In this document: piece by piece, positions 11,301 to 21,920 of the stretch
Layout: the number at the start of each line of letters is the position of its first letter
Position numbering within the stretch: the first letter of the stretch is position 1
Assembly: GCA_016721565.1 (NCBI GenBank)
Contig: JADKHW010000003.1
Location: forward strand, 64,315 to 128,314
Direction: 5' to 3'
Source: a bacterium
Lineage (GTDB): Bacteria > Electryoneota > RPQS01
Length of the DNA stretch: 64,000 nt
The notes under the pieces: generated by a model
Seen by the model: the letters and a program-made list of their open reading frames with translations, nothing else
The model's database searches: none
Told to the model about the DNA's origin: nothing
Made by a program: the position numbers and the translations under genes

Positions 11301-12155
11301 CTACTTAAGGCCTTCGGCGCCGGCGACGATTTCTAAGATTTCACCGGTGATGGCGGACTGACGAGCCTTGTTATATTGGAGCGTCAGACGGTCGATGATT
11401 TCACCTGCGTTCTGCGTCGCATTTTCCATAGCAGTCATGCGGGCGGCCATTTCTGATGCGAAGGATTCGAGTAAGATGTGCCACATTTGTACATTCACGT
11501 ACTTGGGCAGGATGGTGTTCAGAATCTCCATCTCGTTCGGCTCGAAGATGATCTCGGTTCCGCAGTTTTTCGGCTCATGCTCGGGGACAATCGGAAGCAA
11601 TTGCTCGACGACGACTTGCTGCTGAATGACACTCTTGAATTCGTTATAGACCACATACACACGGTCCATCGTGCTGTTCAAGTACTGCGATGTGATGGTT
11701 TCGCCCAACTCGACGGCGTGATTGAAATCGAGATTATTGAAGAAACCGGACATGCGGCCCGTGACATCAGCACCACGACGTGTAAAGAACTCTGAACCCT
11801 TCTTACCAACTGTGATCAAGTGCACCTCATGCTGCGCGTTTTCACGCATCAACTGTTGTGCCTTCTTCATGATATTCACATTGAAGCTACCGGCCAATCC
11901 TCTGTCACCCGTGACGACGACGATGCCGATGCTATCAACCTCGCGAACCTCCAACAGCGGATGGTGCGAGCGATCGACACGCGCGGACAGATCGCGAATC
12001 GCATCGCGGAGCGTCAGCGAATACGGGCGCGCATTCATCATGGCTTCCTGCGCACGACGGAGCTTGGCCGCCGCGACCATTTTCATGACGCGCGTAACCT
12101 GCTGCGTGGACTTGACGCTGGAGATGCGCCGCTTAATTGTTTTTAGACCGGCCAT
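11301..12155 (-). CDS. atpG: F1 ATP synthase gamma subunit
   Basis: 284 aa: MAGLKTIKRRISSVKSTQQVTRVMKMVAAAKLRRAQE... and a C-terminal ...ITGEILEIV helix. Canonical gamma. Confidence 0.9.
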   Translation of the reverse strand: MAGLKTIKRRISSVKSTQQVTRVMKMVAAAKLRRAQEAMMNARPYSLTLRDAIRDLSARVDRSHHPLLEVREVDSIGIVVVTGDRGLAGSFNVNIMKKAQQLMRENAQHEVHLITVGKKGSEFFTRRGADVTGRMSGFFNNLDFNHAVELGETITSQYLNSTMDRVYVVYNEFKSVIQQQVVVEQLLPIVPEHEPKNCGTEIIFEPNEMEILNTILPKYVNVQMWHILLESFASEMAARMTAMENATQNAGEIIDRLTLQYNKARQSAITGEILEIVAGAEGLK

Positions 12156-12184
12156 GGATCAAAAAATAGGAAATAGGAAATTCA

Positions 12185-13427
12185 AAATGGGAAAGAGACT
12201 CAGATTCCGGCGAGACGAGAACGTCCGCGCTCGGCGGCAATCTGCAACACACAATAGAACCAAAACAGAATCAACCCGAAACACTGGCTACCACTAATTA
12301 TATGACCGATTGGGTCATCGGTATAAAAGCGAGTCAGCTTCATGGTGAAGAAGAACGCGGCGGCAATCAAAAGAACACTCTGAACATCAATCTTGCCGCG
12401 TTGCCATTCTGGCAGAACTCAACCCCAAGCGCAGGCAAGGCAAACAAAGAATAGTGTTCCCACGTCACGGGCAAAGCGAGCAAGACGCCTGATATCACCA
12501 AGCCGTTTTCAAGAGCGAACGGGGTGATAATTTGCGAATGCCATAACAGCAAGGCTGTTCCGCCCATGAAGAACACTGTAAAGAACAATCGAGGCAATCT
12601 TGATTGTCAGCGTCGGCGCGAAATGCGTTCAAGCAATCCGTGGCCCAAGACTGCGCGTGTGAACCACCCTGAAGGCGATTGATTGCCGAAGAAGGTGTAC
12701 ACGACGTTGCCAAATTCTTGCACGGCTTGCCACCAGCGCAGGTGAATTTCGATTCCCATTGTCGCAACGGACAACAGGTAAATCAAGCGCACACCAAGCG
12801 AACGAACCAGAATCTTCCATTGCTTTCGCAAGAAGGCAGCATCAACCAACCGGCAGGAAAGATCTTAATCGCAATGACTGAGCCGAGCAATGCTGTTGCG
12901 GCGAAACGCGAGGATTTGAGTCTTAGCAATCCTTCCCAGAAGAGCGCGGCAAGCAGGGAACGATTTGAGCAAGCTTGCTTGCTCTGGCCATCGGATAGCA
13001 AACCAGCACCAGAGCGAGTGCCCACAAGAAACCACGCCAGAAAAGATTCGCCGATAGTGCGAACGATTTGCGATGCAAATACAAAGAGCAGAAGGATGTT
13101 GATGCCGAGCAGAAAATTCCGCCAGACATAGACATGCACATCAGAGAACGGAGCCAACACTCCGGCAACGAACGGCGGATAGAAGAAAGCGTTTTCATCA
13201 CCCCACGCACCGAGCCGTTCGGCCTGAGGGTGGTACCATTCCTTCACCCATTGATCATATTCGGCATAGCTCGTGTACATATTATCGGGCTGATCGGTGT
13301 GCCACGATAAAGACGCAAGCTGAATATGAAAAAGATCAATGTGCCAAAGCGGGAACGTTGTTCTTTGCCAAAGAAATACTCCGACAGCAAGAACAATCGC
13401 GAGTAACCAATCGGGTGGGCGTTTCAC
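12185..13427 (-). CDS. Polytopic integral membrane protein, possibly a GT87/DUF2029-like glycosyltransferase. Fragmented by a frameshift near 12850, an in-frame TGA at 12607..12609 and a homopolymer frameshift near 12360
   Basis: Pieces 12783..13427, 12607..12849, 12367..12597 and a tail read by hand to the stop at about 12185. Multiple hydrophobic helices; an FYPPFVAGVLAPF motif. Confidence 0.4.
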
Positions 13428-13451
13428 GAGTGTGCCGCCCCCTTGCGGGAG

Positions 13452-14966
13452 TTACTTAGTCCAGGTGGCTTTGAAGTCTGTGATCAGAGTCTTCAGCTTG
13501 CCGGTGAGATCGTCGTCGATGGCTTTCTTGGTGCGAATGCCTTCGAGAACGGGTGCTCCGACCGAGCGAACGTACTTGGCATAGTCGGCTTGGAAACGCG
13601 CGATGTCACCATCTTCGATGTCGTCGAGATAGCCTTGACCGGCAGTCCAGAGAATCACGACCTGCTCTTCAACGGGCCACGGTGAGTATTGACCTTGCTT
13701 CAAAACTTCGACGAGCTTGGCACCACGAGTCAACTGAGCCTTGGTGGCTTTGTCGAGGTCGGAGGCAAACTGCGCGAAGGCCGCGAGAGCACGATACTGA
13801 GCCAAGTCAAGACGCAGCTTACCTGCCACTTGACGCATGGCTTTGATCTGCGCATTACCACCCACACGCGAAACGGAGATACCAACGTTAATAGCGGGAC
13901 GAATACCGGAATAGAAGAGTTCTGATTCCAAGAAGATCTGACCGTCGGTGATCGAAATCACATTAGTCGGAATGTATGCAGACACGTCACCGGCCTGAGT
14001 TTCGATGATCGGGAGTGCGGTCAACGATCCTCCGCCTAATGCGTCGTTCAATTTCGCGGCACGTTCGAGCAAACGTGAATGCAAATAGAATACGTCACCC
14101 GGATAGGCTTCGCGGCCCGGCGGACGACGCAGCAAGAGTGACATCTGACGATAGGCCCAAGCGTGCTTGGTCAAGTCGTCATAAATACAAACGGCGTGCT
14201 TGCCGCTGTCACGGAAATACTCGCCCATCGCGGCGCCCGCGTACGGAGCAAGGAACTGCAACGGTGCCGAGTCCACAGCGGTGGATGATACAACAATCGT
14301 GTGCTCCATCGCGCCATTTTCTTCGAGCGTCTTGACGACTTGAGCAATGGTCGAACCCTTCTGACCGATTGCAACGTAGATGCAGATAACACCCTGACCT
14401 CGCTGATTGATAATTGTATCAATCGCGATGGCGGTTTTACCTGTCTGACGGTCGCCGATGATCAACTCACGCTGACCACGACCGATGGGGATCATCGCGT
14501 CAATAGCCTTGATACCGGTTTGAAGCGGCTCCTTCACGGGCTGGCGGCTTACAACACCGGTGGCAATGCGCTCAACAGGGCTGAAGAGCTTGGCATTGAT
14601 GGGGCCTTTGCCGTCGAGCGGTTGACCGAGCGGGTTGACCACGCGGCCCACGAGTTCGGGACCAACGGGGACTTGAACCACTTTACCGGTACGCTTGACG
14701 ATATCGCCTTCTTTCACCGATGCGTCGGATCCGAAGAGCACGCAACCGACGTTGTCCTCTTCGAGGTTCAAGGCCATACCTTGAATATCGCCGGGGAATT
14801 CGACGAGTTCGCCATACATGACCTTATCGAGGCCATAGACGCGGGCGATACCGTCACCGACGTAGACGACGCGGCCGACTTCGTCAACGGCAGAGAGCGA
14901 CTTGTAATCGGCAATCTGCTCTTTGAGTATTGAAGTTATTTCTTCGGGCTTAAGTTTCGTGGACAT
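13452..14966 (-). CDS. atpA: F1 ATP synthase alpha subunit
   Basis: 504 aa. P-loop GDRQTGKTA; alpha-type sequence throughout. Confidence 0.95.
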   Translation of the reverse strand: MSTKLKPEEITSILKEQIADYKSLSAVDEVGRVVYVGDGIARVYGLDKVMYGELVEFPGDIQGMALNLEEDNVGCVLFGSDASVKEGDIVKRTGKVVQVPVGPELVGRVVNPLGQPLDGKGPINAKLFSPVERIATGVVSRQPVKEPLQTGIKAIDAMIPIGRGQRELIIGDRQTGKTAIAIDTIINQRGQGVICIYVAIGQKGSTIAQVVKTLEENGAMEHTIVVSSTAVDSAPLQFLAPYAGAAMGEYFRDSGKHAVCIYDDLTKHAWAYRQMSLLLRRPPGREAYPGDVFYLHSRLLERAAKLNDALGGGSLTALPIIETQAGDVSAYIPTNVISITDGQIFLESELFYSGIRPAINVGISVSRVGGNAQIKAMRQVAGKLRLDLAQYRALAAFAQFASDLDKATKAQLTRGAKLVEVLKQGQYSPWPVEEQVVILWTAGQGYLDDIEDGDIARFQADYAKYVRSVGAPVLEGIRTKKAIDDDLTGKLKTLITDFKATWTK

Positions 14967-15006
14967 GGGGAAAGAAAATTGAAAATAGAAAATCGAAAAG
15001 AAAAAA

Positions 15007-15557
15007 TCAGACAGCGGCGGACATTAGCTTGCCCAAGTCGTGGACTTTGCGGGATAGCGAGCCGTCGAGGATACGGTCGGGATATTGAACGACAACACCG
15101 CCAATTAAGGCAGAATTGACTTTGTAGGTGATGACAGGAGTCTTGCCGCTACGAGTGGCGATGCTCTGAGCGACGTTTTGTTTCATCGTATCAGAGAGCG
15201 GAACAGCAGTGGAGACGGTGACTTCAACTTCACCGAGAGATTCGCGGTAAAGCTTATGAAAACGAGCTGGAATCGCCGCGAGAATTTCTAACCGAGCTTT
15301 TTCAATCAGGAGATCAATAAAGCGGCGTGTCATTTCGCAAAAGCCGACTTTGTCACCGATGCTCATAAGAATCGCACGGCGTTTGGCATTGCTGAATGAC
15401 GGACTGGCCAAGAGCACGGGAGTTCGCGGTTCTCTTGATAGATCGCTGCGAGCGCTTGCAAATCTTGCTCTACTTCAGCGGCACATCCGACTTTCAGAGC
15501 GGCCTGAAAAAGCGACTTGCCGTAGCGAAGCGAAGTTGCGCCGTCAATACCTTTCAA
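15007..15557 (-). CDS. atpH: F1 ATP synthase delta subunit (OSCP), split by an apparent frameshift near 15400
   Basis: The 64-aa piece (15363..15557) [38 protein letters not shown] and the 136-aa piece (15007..15417) ...[10 protein letters not shown]...[17 protein letters not shown]...[25 protein letters not shown] together make a complete delta subunit in two frames. Confidence 0.75.
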
Positions 15558-16048
15558 CGGTCCTCCTTCAGAGCTTCCATGATGAGCTTCTCGTGTTCTT
15601 TGTCATCAATCACGCGGCCCAGCAAACGCGAGGTTGCTTTGGCCGTGAGTTCGGCGACGTGACGCGAGAGATCAGCTTTGGCGAGGTCGGATTCACGTTC
15701 GATGTCAACGCGAGCCTTTTCGAGCAGTTTTTGACCTTGCTCTTTAGCCACTGTTTCCATTTCGGCGCGATGCTTTTCAGCTTGATCCTGCGCGGACTGG
15801 ATGATATCGGCGGCCTCTTTTTTCGCGTTGGCCATGGCCTGCTTATAGTCGGCCAACATTGCGCCGGCTTTTTCGCGTTCGGACTTGGCTGTTTCGAGGT
15901 CCGTGCGGATCGAATTTTCACGATCCGTCAAACCTTTGATGATAGGCTTCCAGCCGAATTTGCCCACGATCCAAACGACGATCAGAAATGTGATAATCGT
16001 CCAGAGAATGGAACCGGGTTCGATGTTGAGGATATTTTGCAGGCCCAT
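15554..16048 (-). CDS. atpF: F0 ATP synthase subunit b
   Basis: 164 aa. Single N-terminal TM helix then a long charged coiled coil (AKSEREKAGAMLADYKQAMANAKKEAADII...). Confidence 0.85.
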   Translation of the reverse strand: MGLQNILNIEPGSILWTIITFLIVVWIVGKFGWKPIIKGLTDRENSIRTDLETAKSEREKAGAMLADYKQAMANAKKEAADIIQSAQDQAEKHRAEMETVAKEQGQKLLEKARVDIERESDLAKADLSRHVAELTAKATSRLLGRVIDDKEHEKLIMEALKEDR

Positions 16049-16159
16049 GAGTGCTTTTGTGCTACAGTTTCAGATTCCGGCGGGGAACCGCTACGCTTAA
16101 TCCCTCGGCGAGTGCATAATTCATTCGGCAGCCACAGGGGCAGCCGCTACACCAAGAAC

Positions 16160-17353
<1,194 letters not shown>

Positions 17354-17357
<4 letters not shown>

Positions 17358-17623
17358 TTGGCTGAACGGGAGATCAGGAATTCAATAGCGAGACTGAGAT
17401 AAAAAGCGAGCACGATTCCGAGAACAATAGCGACTTTGCCTACTTCGGGATTTTGCATCTGCCAGAAGAGACCAGCGCCAATTAACGTGAAGCGTAAGGC
17501 AACACCGATGCCCCAGAGCTTGACGAAATTGGCCATGCTGTGGCGGGCTTTGAACCAAGCGAGAATGAGTGCAGGGATAGAAGCAATGGCACTGATGGCC
17601 ATGCCGATCAAGAACGAATTCAT
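17354..17623 (-). CDS. Small membrane protein, likely an ATP synthase I-like accessory subunit
   Basis: 89 aa, three hydrophobic helices. Overlaps the atpB start and the atpZ stop by 4 nt each. Confidence 0.45.
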
Positions 17624-17850
17624 TCGGCGGAGTCGGAATCGTTGCGGGAATCTTGCTGGCGTAGCATGAGGATAGTGCGATAGAGCGCGGCGACAAAGCC
17701 GATTATTGCTCCCAAAACCATCAACAGGGGAAAGGTTTTTAGCCTATTATCAATCCACCAGCCGACGAGACCGAAGAGAGCTGTTACCGCAACGATGGTT
17801 AAGCCGATGGCAAGCGGATCTTGCTTAGGCGGCTGATAGCCTTTGAACAA
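17620..17850 (-). CDS. atpZ: AtpZ/AtpR-like small membrane protein (F0F1 operon gene-1 family)
   Basis: 76 aa, two TM helices (LAIGLTIVAVTALFGLVGWWIDNRL / LLMVLGAIIGFVAALYRTIL). It is the first gene of the F0 block. Confidence 0.6.
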   Translation of the reverse strand: MFKGYQPPKQDPLAIGLTIVAVTALFGLVGWWIDNRLKTFPLLMVLGAIIGFVAALYRTILMLRQQDSRNDSDSAE

Positions 17851-17851
17851 G

Positions 17852-18310
17852 TTAGGATGAGACGGGAGTCATGGGACGATTGCGCGGGACCATGTTGACA
17901 TCGTCAATGTCAGGCGGGAGCGTAATCGTGGGGCGCGACATCGGCACACCCTTCTCATCGGTGGCCGCGTGACCGCGAACCTTGGCACCCTCTTGAATTG
18001 AGAGTTTGCCGGCTGAAAGGTCGCCTTCGAGTTCGGCTGAGGCTTCAAGATGAATCTTCTGCTTGGCCACGAGCGAACCTTTGACTCGTCCAGCAACGAT
18101 GATGCTCTCGGCTTGGATGTTACCTTCGACGATGCCGGTGGTGCCAATGGTGACCATCTTTGAACAGATAAGATCACCGACGACACGGCCATCGATACGA
18201 AGTGAACCTTGGGTCTTCAGAGTGCCAGTGATTTCAGCATCCTTGGCCAGTAAGGTGGACATATCTCCGGAGAAACTCTCTGAAGAAGTCAAACGAGTCC
18301 ATTTAGCCAT
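17852..18310 (-). CDS. Bactofilin (DUF583) cytoskeletal protein
   Basis: 152 aa. Repeating beta-helix pattern IDGRVVGDLICSKMVTIGTTGIVEGNIQAESIIVAGRVKGSLVAKQKIHLEASAELEGDL typical of CcmA/BacA. Its stop is 2 nt before the atpZ start. Confidence 0.8.
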   Translation of the reverse strand: MAKWTRLTSSESFSGDMSTLLAKDAEITGTLKTQGSLRIDGRVVGDLICSKMVTIGTTGIVEGNIQAESIIVAGRVKGSLVAKQKIHLEASAELEGDLSAGKLSIQEGAKVRGHAATDEKGVPMSRPTITLPPDIDDVNMVPRNRPMTPVSS

Positions 18311-18364
18311 AAAGCCCGTCCTCCCTGTTGGGAATTGGCTGTGAATGGTACGAAATACAGCATC

Positions 18365-19210
18365 TTAGCCTGCACTTCGCGCCAAGACAGATTCGGGATT
18401 AACCCGAACGCCATCTTTCCAGATTTCGAAATGAAGATGTGGCGCGGAACTGCGCCCGGAATTCCCGAGGAGCGCGATAGGTTGTCCCTGTAGGACGCGG
18501 TCTCCGGGTTCGACCAGCAAGATTTGATTGTGGCCGTAGAAGGTAACGTAGCCGGATTTATGTCCGATGGCAATCAGGTTACCGTAGGGATAACTCCAGC
18601 CAGAGAAGAGCACGATGCCGTTGGCACCGGCTTGAATGGTCGTGCCTTCACGGGCGGCAACATCAAGACCATAGTGGCCGGGGTCATTCAGTGCATTCTT
18701 GGATTCAAAAGAGCGGGTAATGTAACCGCGCACCGGAGGATGCGTGGGAATATCGGAAGGCAGAACGCTCTCGGCGGGGACTTCCGTTTGATTCTCACCG
18801 TAGATATGCAAAACGGATTCGTCTTCGGGAAGACTTACTGCCTGTGAATACGATTCCTCGAGCGGAGTCGCGGCCAGAGCTTCATCGGAGGGTACTTCAC
18901 CTTCGGGAAGCTGGAGACCGCGACGCAATTGCTGTTCAAACTGCTTTAGCTCGGCCAAACGCTCCGCGATATCTCGGATGCGCTCGTTGGTTGCTTCAAG
19001 GTCTTTGACTTTGGCTTGAAGGGCTGTGTTGTCCGAAACCTGCGACGACAGCGACCAAGTCATAAAACCGAATGTAATGAGCAAAGCAAGCATGGCGATG
19101 CCTGCTCCAACCGCAACGTAGAACCAGGTTCGCTTGAGGCGAAACTGGCGCATTCTGGCTTGACTTTCTGAAAGGACGACGACCGTCCACTCTTTTTCGT
19201 GGTTTGGCAT
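18365..19210 (-). CDS. M23 (LytM-type) metallopeptidase with N-terminal TM segment and coiled coil
   Basis: 281 aa. HYGLDVAA...GNLIAIGHKSGYVTFYGHNQ...SGRSSAPHLHFE (HxxxD / HxH zinc motifs). N-terminal hydrophobic helix and a long coiled coil. Confidence 0.85.
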   Translation of the reverse strand: MPNHEKEWTVVVLSESQARMRQFRLKRTWFYVAVGAGIAMLALLITFGFMTWSLSSQVSDNTALQAKVKDLEATNERIRDIAERLAELKQFEQQLRRGLQLPEGEVPSDEALAATPLEESYSQAVSLPEDESVLHIYGENQTEVPAESVLPSDIPTHPPVRGYITRSFESKNALNDPGHYGLDVAAREGTTIQAGANGIVLFSGWSYPYGNLIAIGHKSGYVTFYGHNQILLVEPGDRVLQGQPIALLGNSGRSSAPHLHFEIWKDGVRVNPESVLARSAG

Positions 19211-19245
19211 CGTAATCAGACCAGAAAGTCCATCAATAATTCGGG

Positions 19246-19274
19246 AATATACAGAATTAGACTCGGAGTGTCAA
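19246..19274 (-). promoter_or_regulatory. Sigma70-type promoter (TTGACA-17 bp-TATATT) for the M23-bactofilin-F0 operon
   Basis: Read on the minus strand: TTGACA (19274..19269), a 17-nt spacer, TATATT (19251..19246), about 35 nt upstream of the M23 start. A 7-2-7 inverted repeat AGTATTT-GT-AAATACT sits at 19302..19317 just upstream. Confidence 0.4.
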
Positions 19275-19315
19275 GTGAAAAAATAAACGATGTGCTCAGA
19301 AAGTATTTGTAAATA

Positions 19316-20115
19316 CTAAATTTCAGGCTCAAGCTGACGACATTTTGCGGCCTCAAAGAGGAGCACAGCGGCGGCGGCTGAGACGTTCAAGCTGTCAATA
19401 TGTCGGTAAAGGGGTATCTTTACAGCGAGATCTGCGCGCTTTTGTAGGATTTGCGAAACACCGGCGCCCTCGGCTCCAAGGATGAGGACGATCGGGCGGT
19501 CCCAATCGAGTTCGGAATAGTTCTTTGCATGCGGATCGGCGGCGGCAGCGGCAACCCACCAGCCGTTCTCTTTAAGTGTGCGGACCGTTTGATCGAGGTT
19601 AGTGACCTGATAGAGATCGATCAGTGCGGCACATCCAGCGGATGCTTTGAAGACAACCTCCGTCAACGGTGATTGGCGGCGTTTGCGAAAGAGCACGGCA
19701 TCCACTCCGGCGGCGTAGGCCGTGCGAAGAATCGCTCGAAGTTGCGGGGGTCTTCGATGCCGTCGAGCAGGAGAACTAAAGGAGCGGGCTTGCGATCTAC
19801 AATTTCGTCGAGAATTTCGAAATCGCCATAAATTTCGGGGAGTTCGATGCGAGCTTTGATACCTTGCGTGGGGACATCGGAATCGGTGACGGGAATAGGA
19901 GCTTCGCGGAGCGAAACGTGCCGCTTCTGCGCGAGTTCGCGAATGTGCTGAATCACTTCACCGTGCGAACCGGGAGCGATGGTAATCTCTTGAACGAGCC
20001 CGCGCCGCAATGCCTCGAGAACGGGATTGCGACCGTAGATGGTCAGCACGTTATCGGAATAAGGACGATCGCCGTAGGGTGAGCGATCGCGGTCATTGTA
20101 AGGGCTGCGGGGCAA
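19316..20115 (-). CDS. rlmB: 23S rRNA (Gm2251) 2'-O-methyltransferase RlmB (SpoU/TrmH family), split by a frameshift near 19700..19740
   Basis: The N-terminal piece (19663..20115) gives the L30e-like substrate domain then LLLDGIEDPRNF. The C-terminal piece (19316..19705) gives DAVLFRKRRQSPLTEVVFKASAGC...ILGAEGAGVS...IPLYRHIDSLNVS, the SPOUT knot. Confidence 0.75.
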
Positions 20116-20155
20116 CTAAAGGATAAGGGAAAAAGGATGAAGGATGAGAATCAGG

Positions 20156-21028
20156 CTATTTATCAACGATCTCTAAGAGCCTATTCAAGTCATCTATGCT
20201 GTAGTAGGTGATTTCAATTGTACCGCCACGTCCTTTGGGTTTGATCTTCACTCTTGTGGAGAGCTGACGGCTCAAGTTGTTTTCAACTTGGGCGAGGGCT
20301 TTGGCTTCGCGGGATTCTGTGGCAACCGTGTTGGCGGATTTTGTTCTGGCGGGTTTGGGCTTGCGCGTCATCTCCTCGGCATTGCGGACCGTCAATTTGC
20401 CGTCTACCAAAAAGCGTTCAAAGAGATCCAACTGCTCGCCTTCGTCCACGACAGAGAGCAATGCGCGCGCATGACCCATCGTCAACTTGCCTTCGATTAA
20501 GGCCGTTTGGATACGAGGTGGAAGTTTCAACAGACGCACGAGATTGGCGATGTGCGCACGGCTCATGCCCATTTTTTCGGCGATGACTTCCTGTGTTAAC
20601 GTGTATTGCTGTTGCAAACGCACGATGGCTTGCGCGATCTCAATGGGAGTCAGATCTTCGCGATGAACGTTTTCGAGAATCGCGAGTTCCAGCATCTCTT
20701 CAGAACTTTCGACGACGCGAATTTGCGCGGGAATCGTTTTCAATCCTGCGGCGCGTGTGGCGCGCAGACGACGTTCACCCAGAATCAATTGATAGCGATT
20801 ACCGGCAGGTCGAACGACGACGGGCTGCAACAGACCTTGCTTCAGAATTGAATTCTTAAGCTCGTCAATGGCCTCGTCACGGAAGATTTGTCGAGGCTGA
20901 AAGGGATTGGGATCGATGAGATCAACAGATAATTGGTTGATCTCTTGCGCGGTCGAAGCCGAAGAGCTAACCTCGTCTTCGGTGATCAGCGCGCGTAATC
21001 CTTTGCCTAAAGCCTTGTGTGATTTCAT
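20156..21028 (-). CDS. parB: Chromosome partitioning protein ParB/Spo0J
   Basis: 290 aa. GLLQPVVVRP...ILGERRLRA (ParB box), an HTH, and a C-terminal dimerisation domain. Confidence 0.9.
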   Translation of the reverse strand: MKSHKALGKGLRALITEDEVSSSASTAQEINQLSVDLIDPNPFQPRQIFRDEAIDELKNSILKQGLLQPVVVRPAGNRYQLILGERRLRATRAAGLKTIPAQIRVVESSEEMLELAILENVHREDLTPIEIAQAIVRLQQQYTLTQEVIAEKMGMSRAHIANLVRLLKLPPRIQTALIEGKLTMGHARALLSVVDEGEQLDLFERFLVDGKLTVRNAEEMTRKPKPARTKSANTVATESREAKALAQVENNLSRQLSTRVKIKPKGRGGTIEITYYSIDDLNRLLEIVDK

Positions 21029-21828
21029 GCGACGGCCTCGCGGGGCGGAAGTTGCTGGTGACTTAAAAACTCTACAGTGAACTCGCGGTAGTTTTGCGCA
21101 CCGCGACTTTGCGGATCATATGTATAGACCGTTTGACCGAAGCTTGGGGCTTCGGAGAGACGAACGTTTCTCAGAATCATGGTTTTGTAAACACGCTTCT
21201 CAAATACTCCGGTGATCTCATCAGCAACTTGCTTGGTGAGATTTAAGCGGCCGTCATACATCGTGAGCAGAATGCCCTCGATTTCGAGCGTCATGTTGAG
21301 GTGGCGCTTGACGAGATTGACGGATTTCATCAATTGTGCAAGACCTTCGAGCGCGTAGTACTCACATTGCATCGGGACGAGAATCGTGTGCGCGGCGGCC
21401 ATTGCATTGAGCGTGAGCAAGCCTAACGAGGGCGGCGTGTCGAGGACGATAAATTGAAATTGATCGTCAAGGTTTAACAATGCTTCGGCGAGAATGCGTT
21501 CTCGTGCGAGCTTGGAAACCAGCTCAATTTCTGCGCCGTGTAATCGCGTGTCGGCAGGGAGCAAACTCAATCCAGCGATATTTGTAGCGCGAATCGCATC
21601 AGCGGCGGGCATCTCGTTGATCAAGACATCATACACGCCGTTTTGCGTTTCAGCAGGAGTGACTCCAAGTCCGGCCGTGGCATTGCCCTGCGGATCCAGA
21701 TCGATCAGCAGCGTGGGATAGCCTTCGAGGGCCATTCCTGCGGCAAGGTGCACGGCAGTGGTGGTCTTCCCCACTCCGCCTTTTTGGTTTGCTATTGCGA
21801 CTGTTTTTGTTGGCATATTTCTCCCCAA
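21025..21828 (-). CDS. parA: Chromosome partitioning ATPase ParA/Soj
   Basis: Deviant Walker A KTVAIANQKGGVGKTTT. The likely true start is the internal MPTKT at 21826. Confidence 0.9.
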   Translation of the reverse strand: MGRNMPTKTVAIANQKGGVGKTTTAVHLAAGMALEGYPTLLIDLDPQGNATAGLGVTPAETQNGVYDVLINEMPAADAIRATNIAGLSLLPADTRLHGAEIELVSKLARERILAEALLNLDDQFQFIVLDTPPSLGLLTLNAMAAAHTILVPMQCEYYALEGLAQLMKSVNLVKRHLNMTLEIEGILLTMYDGRLNLTKQVADEITGVFEKRVYKTMILRNVRLSEAPSFGQTVYTYDPQSRGAQNYREFTVEFLSHQQLPPREAVA

Positions 21829-21920
21829 TGGAATTTCAATTTACAGTTTACAAATTCCAATTTGCGGTGGTTACAGATTCCGGCGGGGCGAGGACGCCCA
21901 CGTCGGCGAACAAATGTGAG

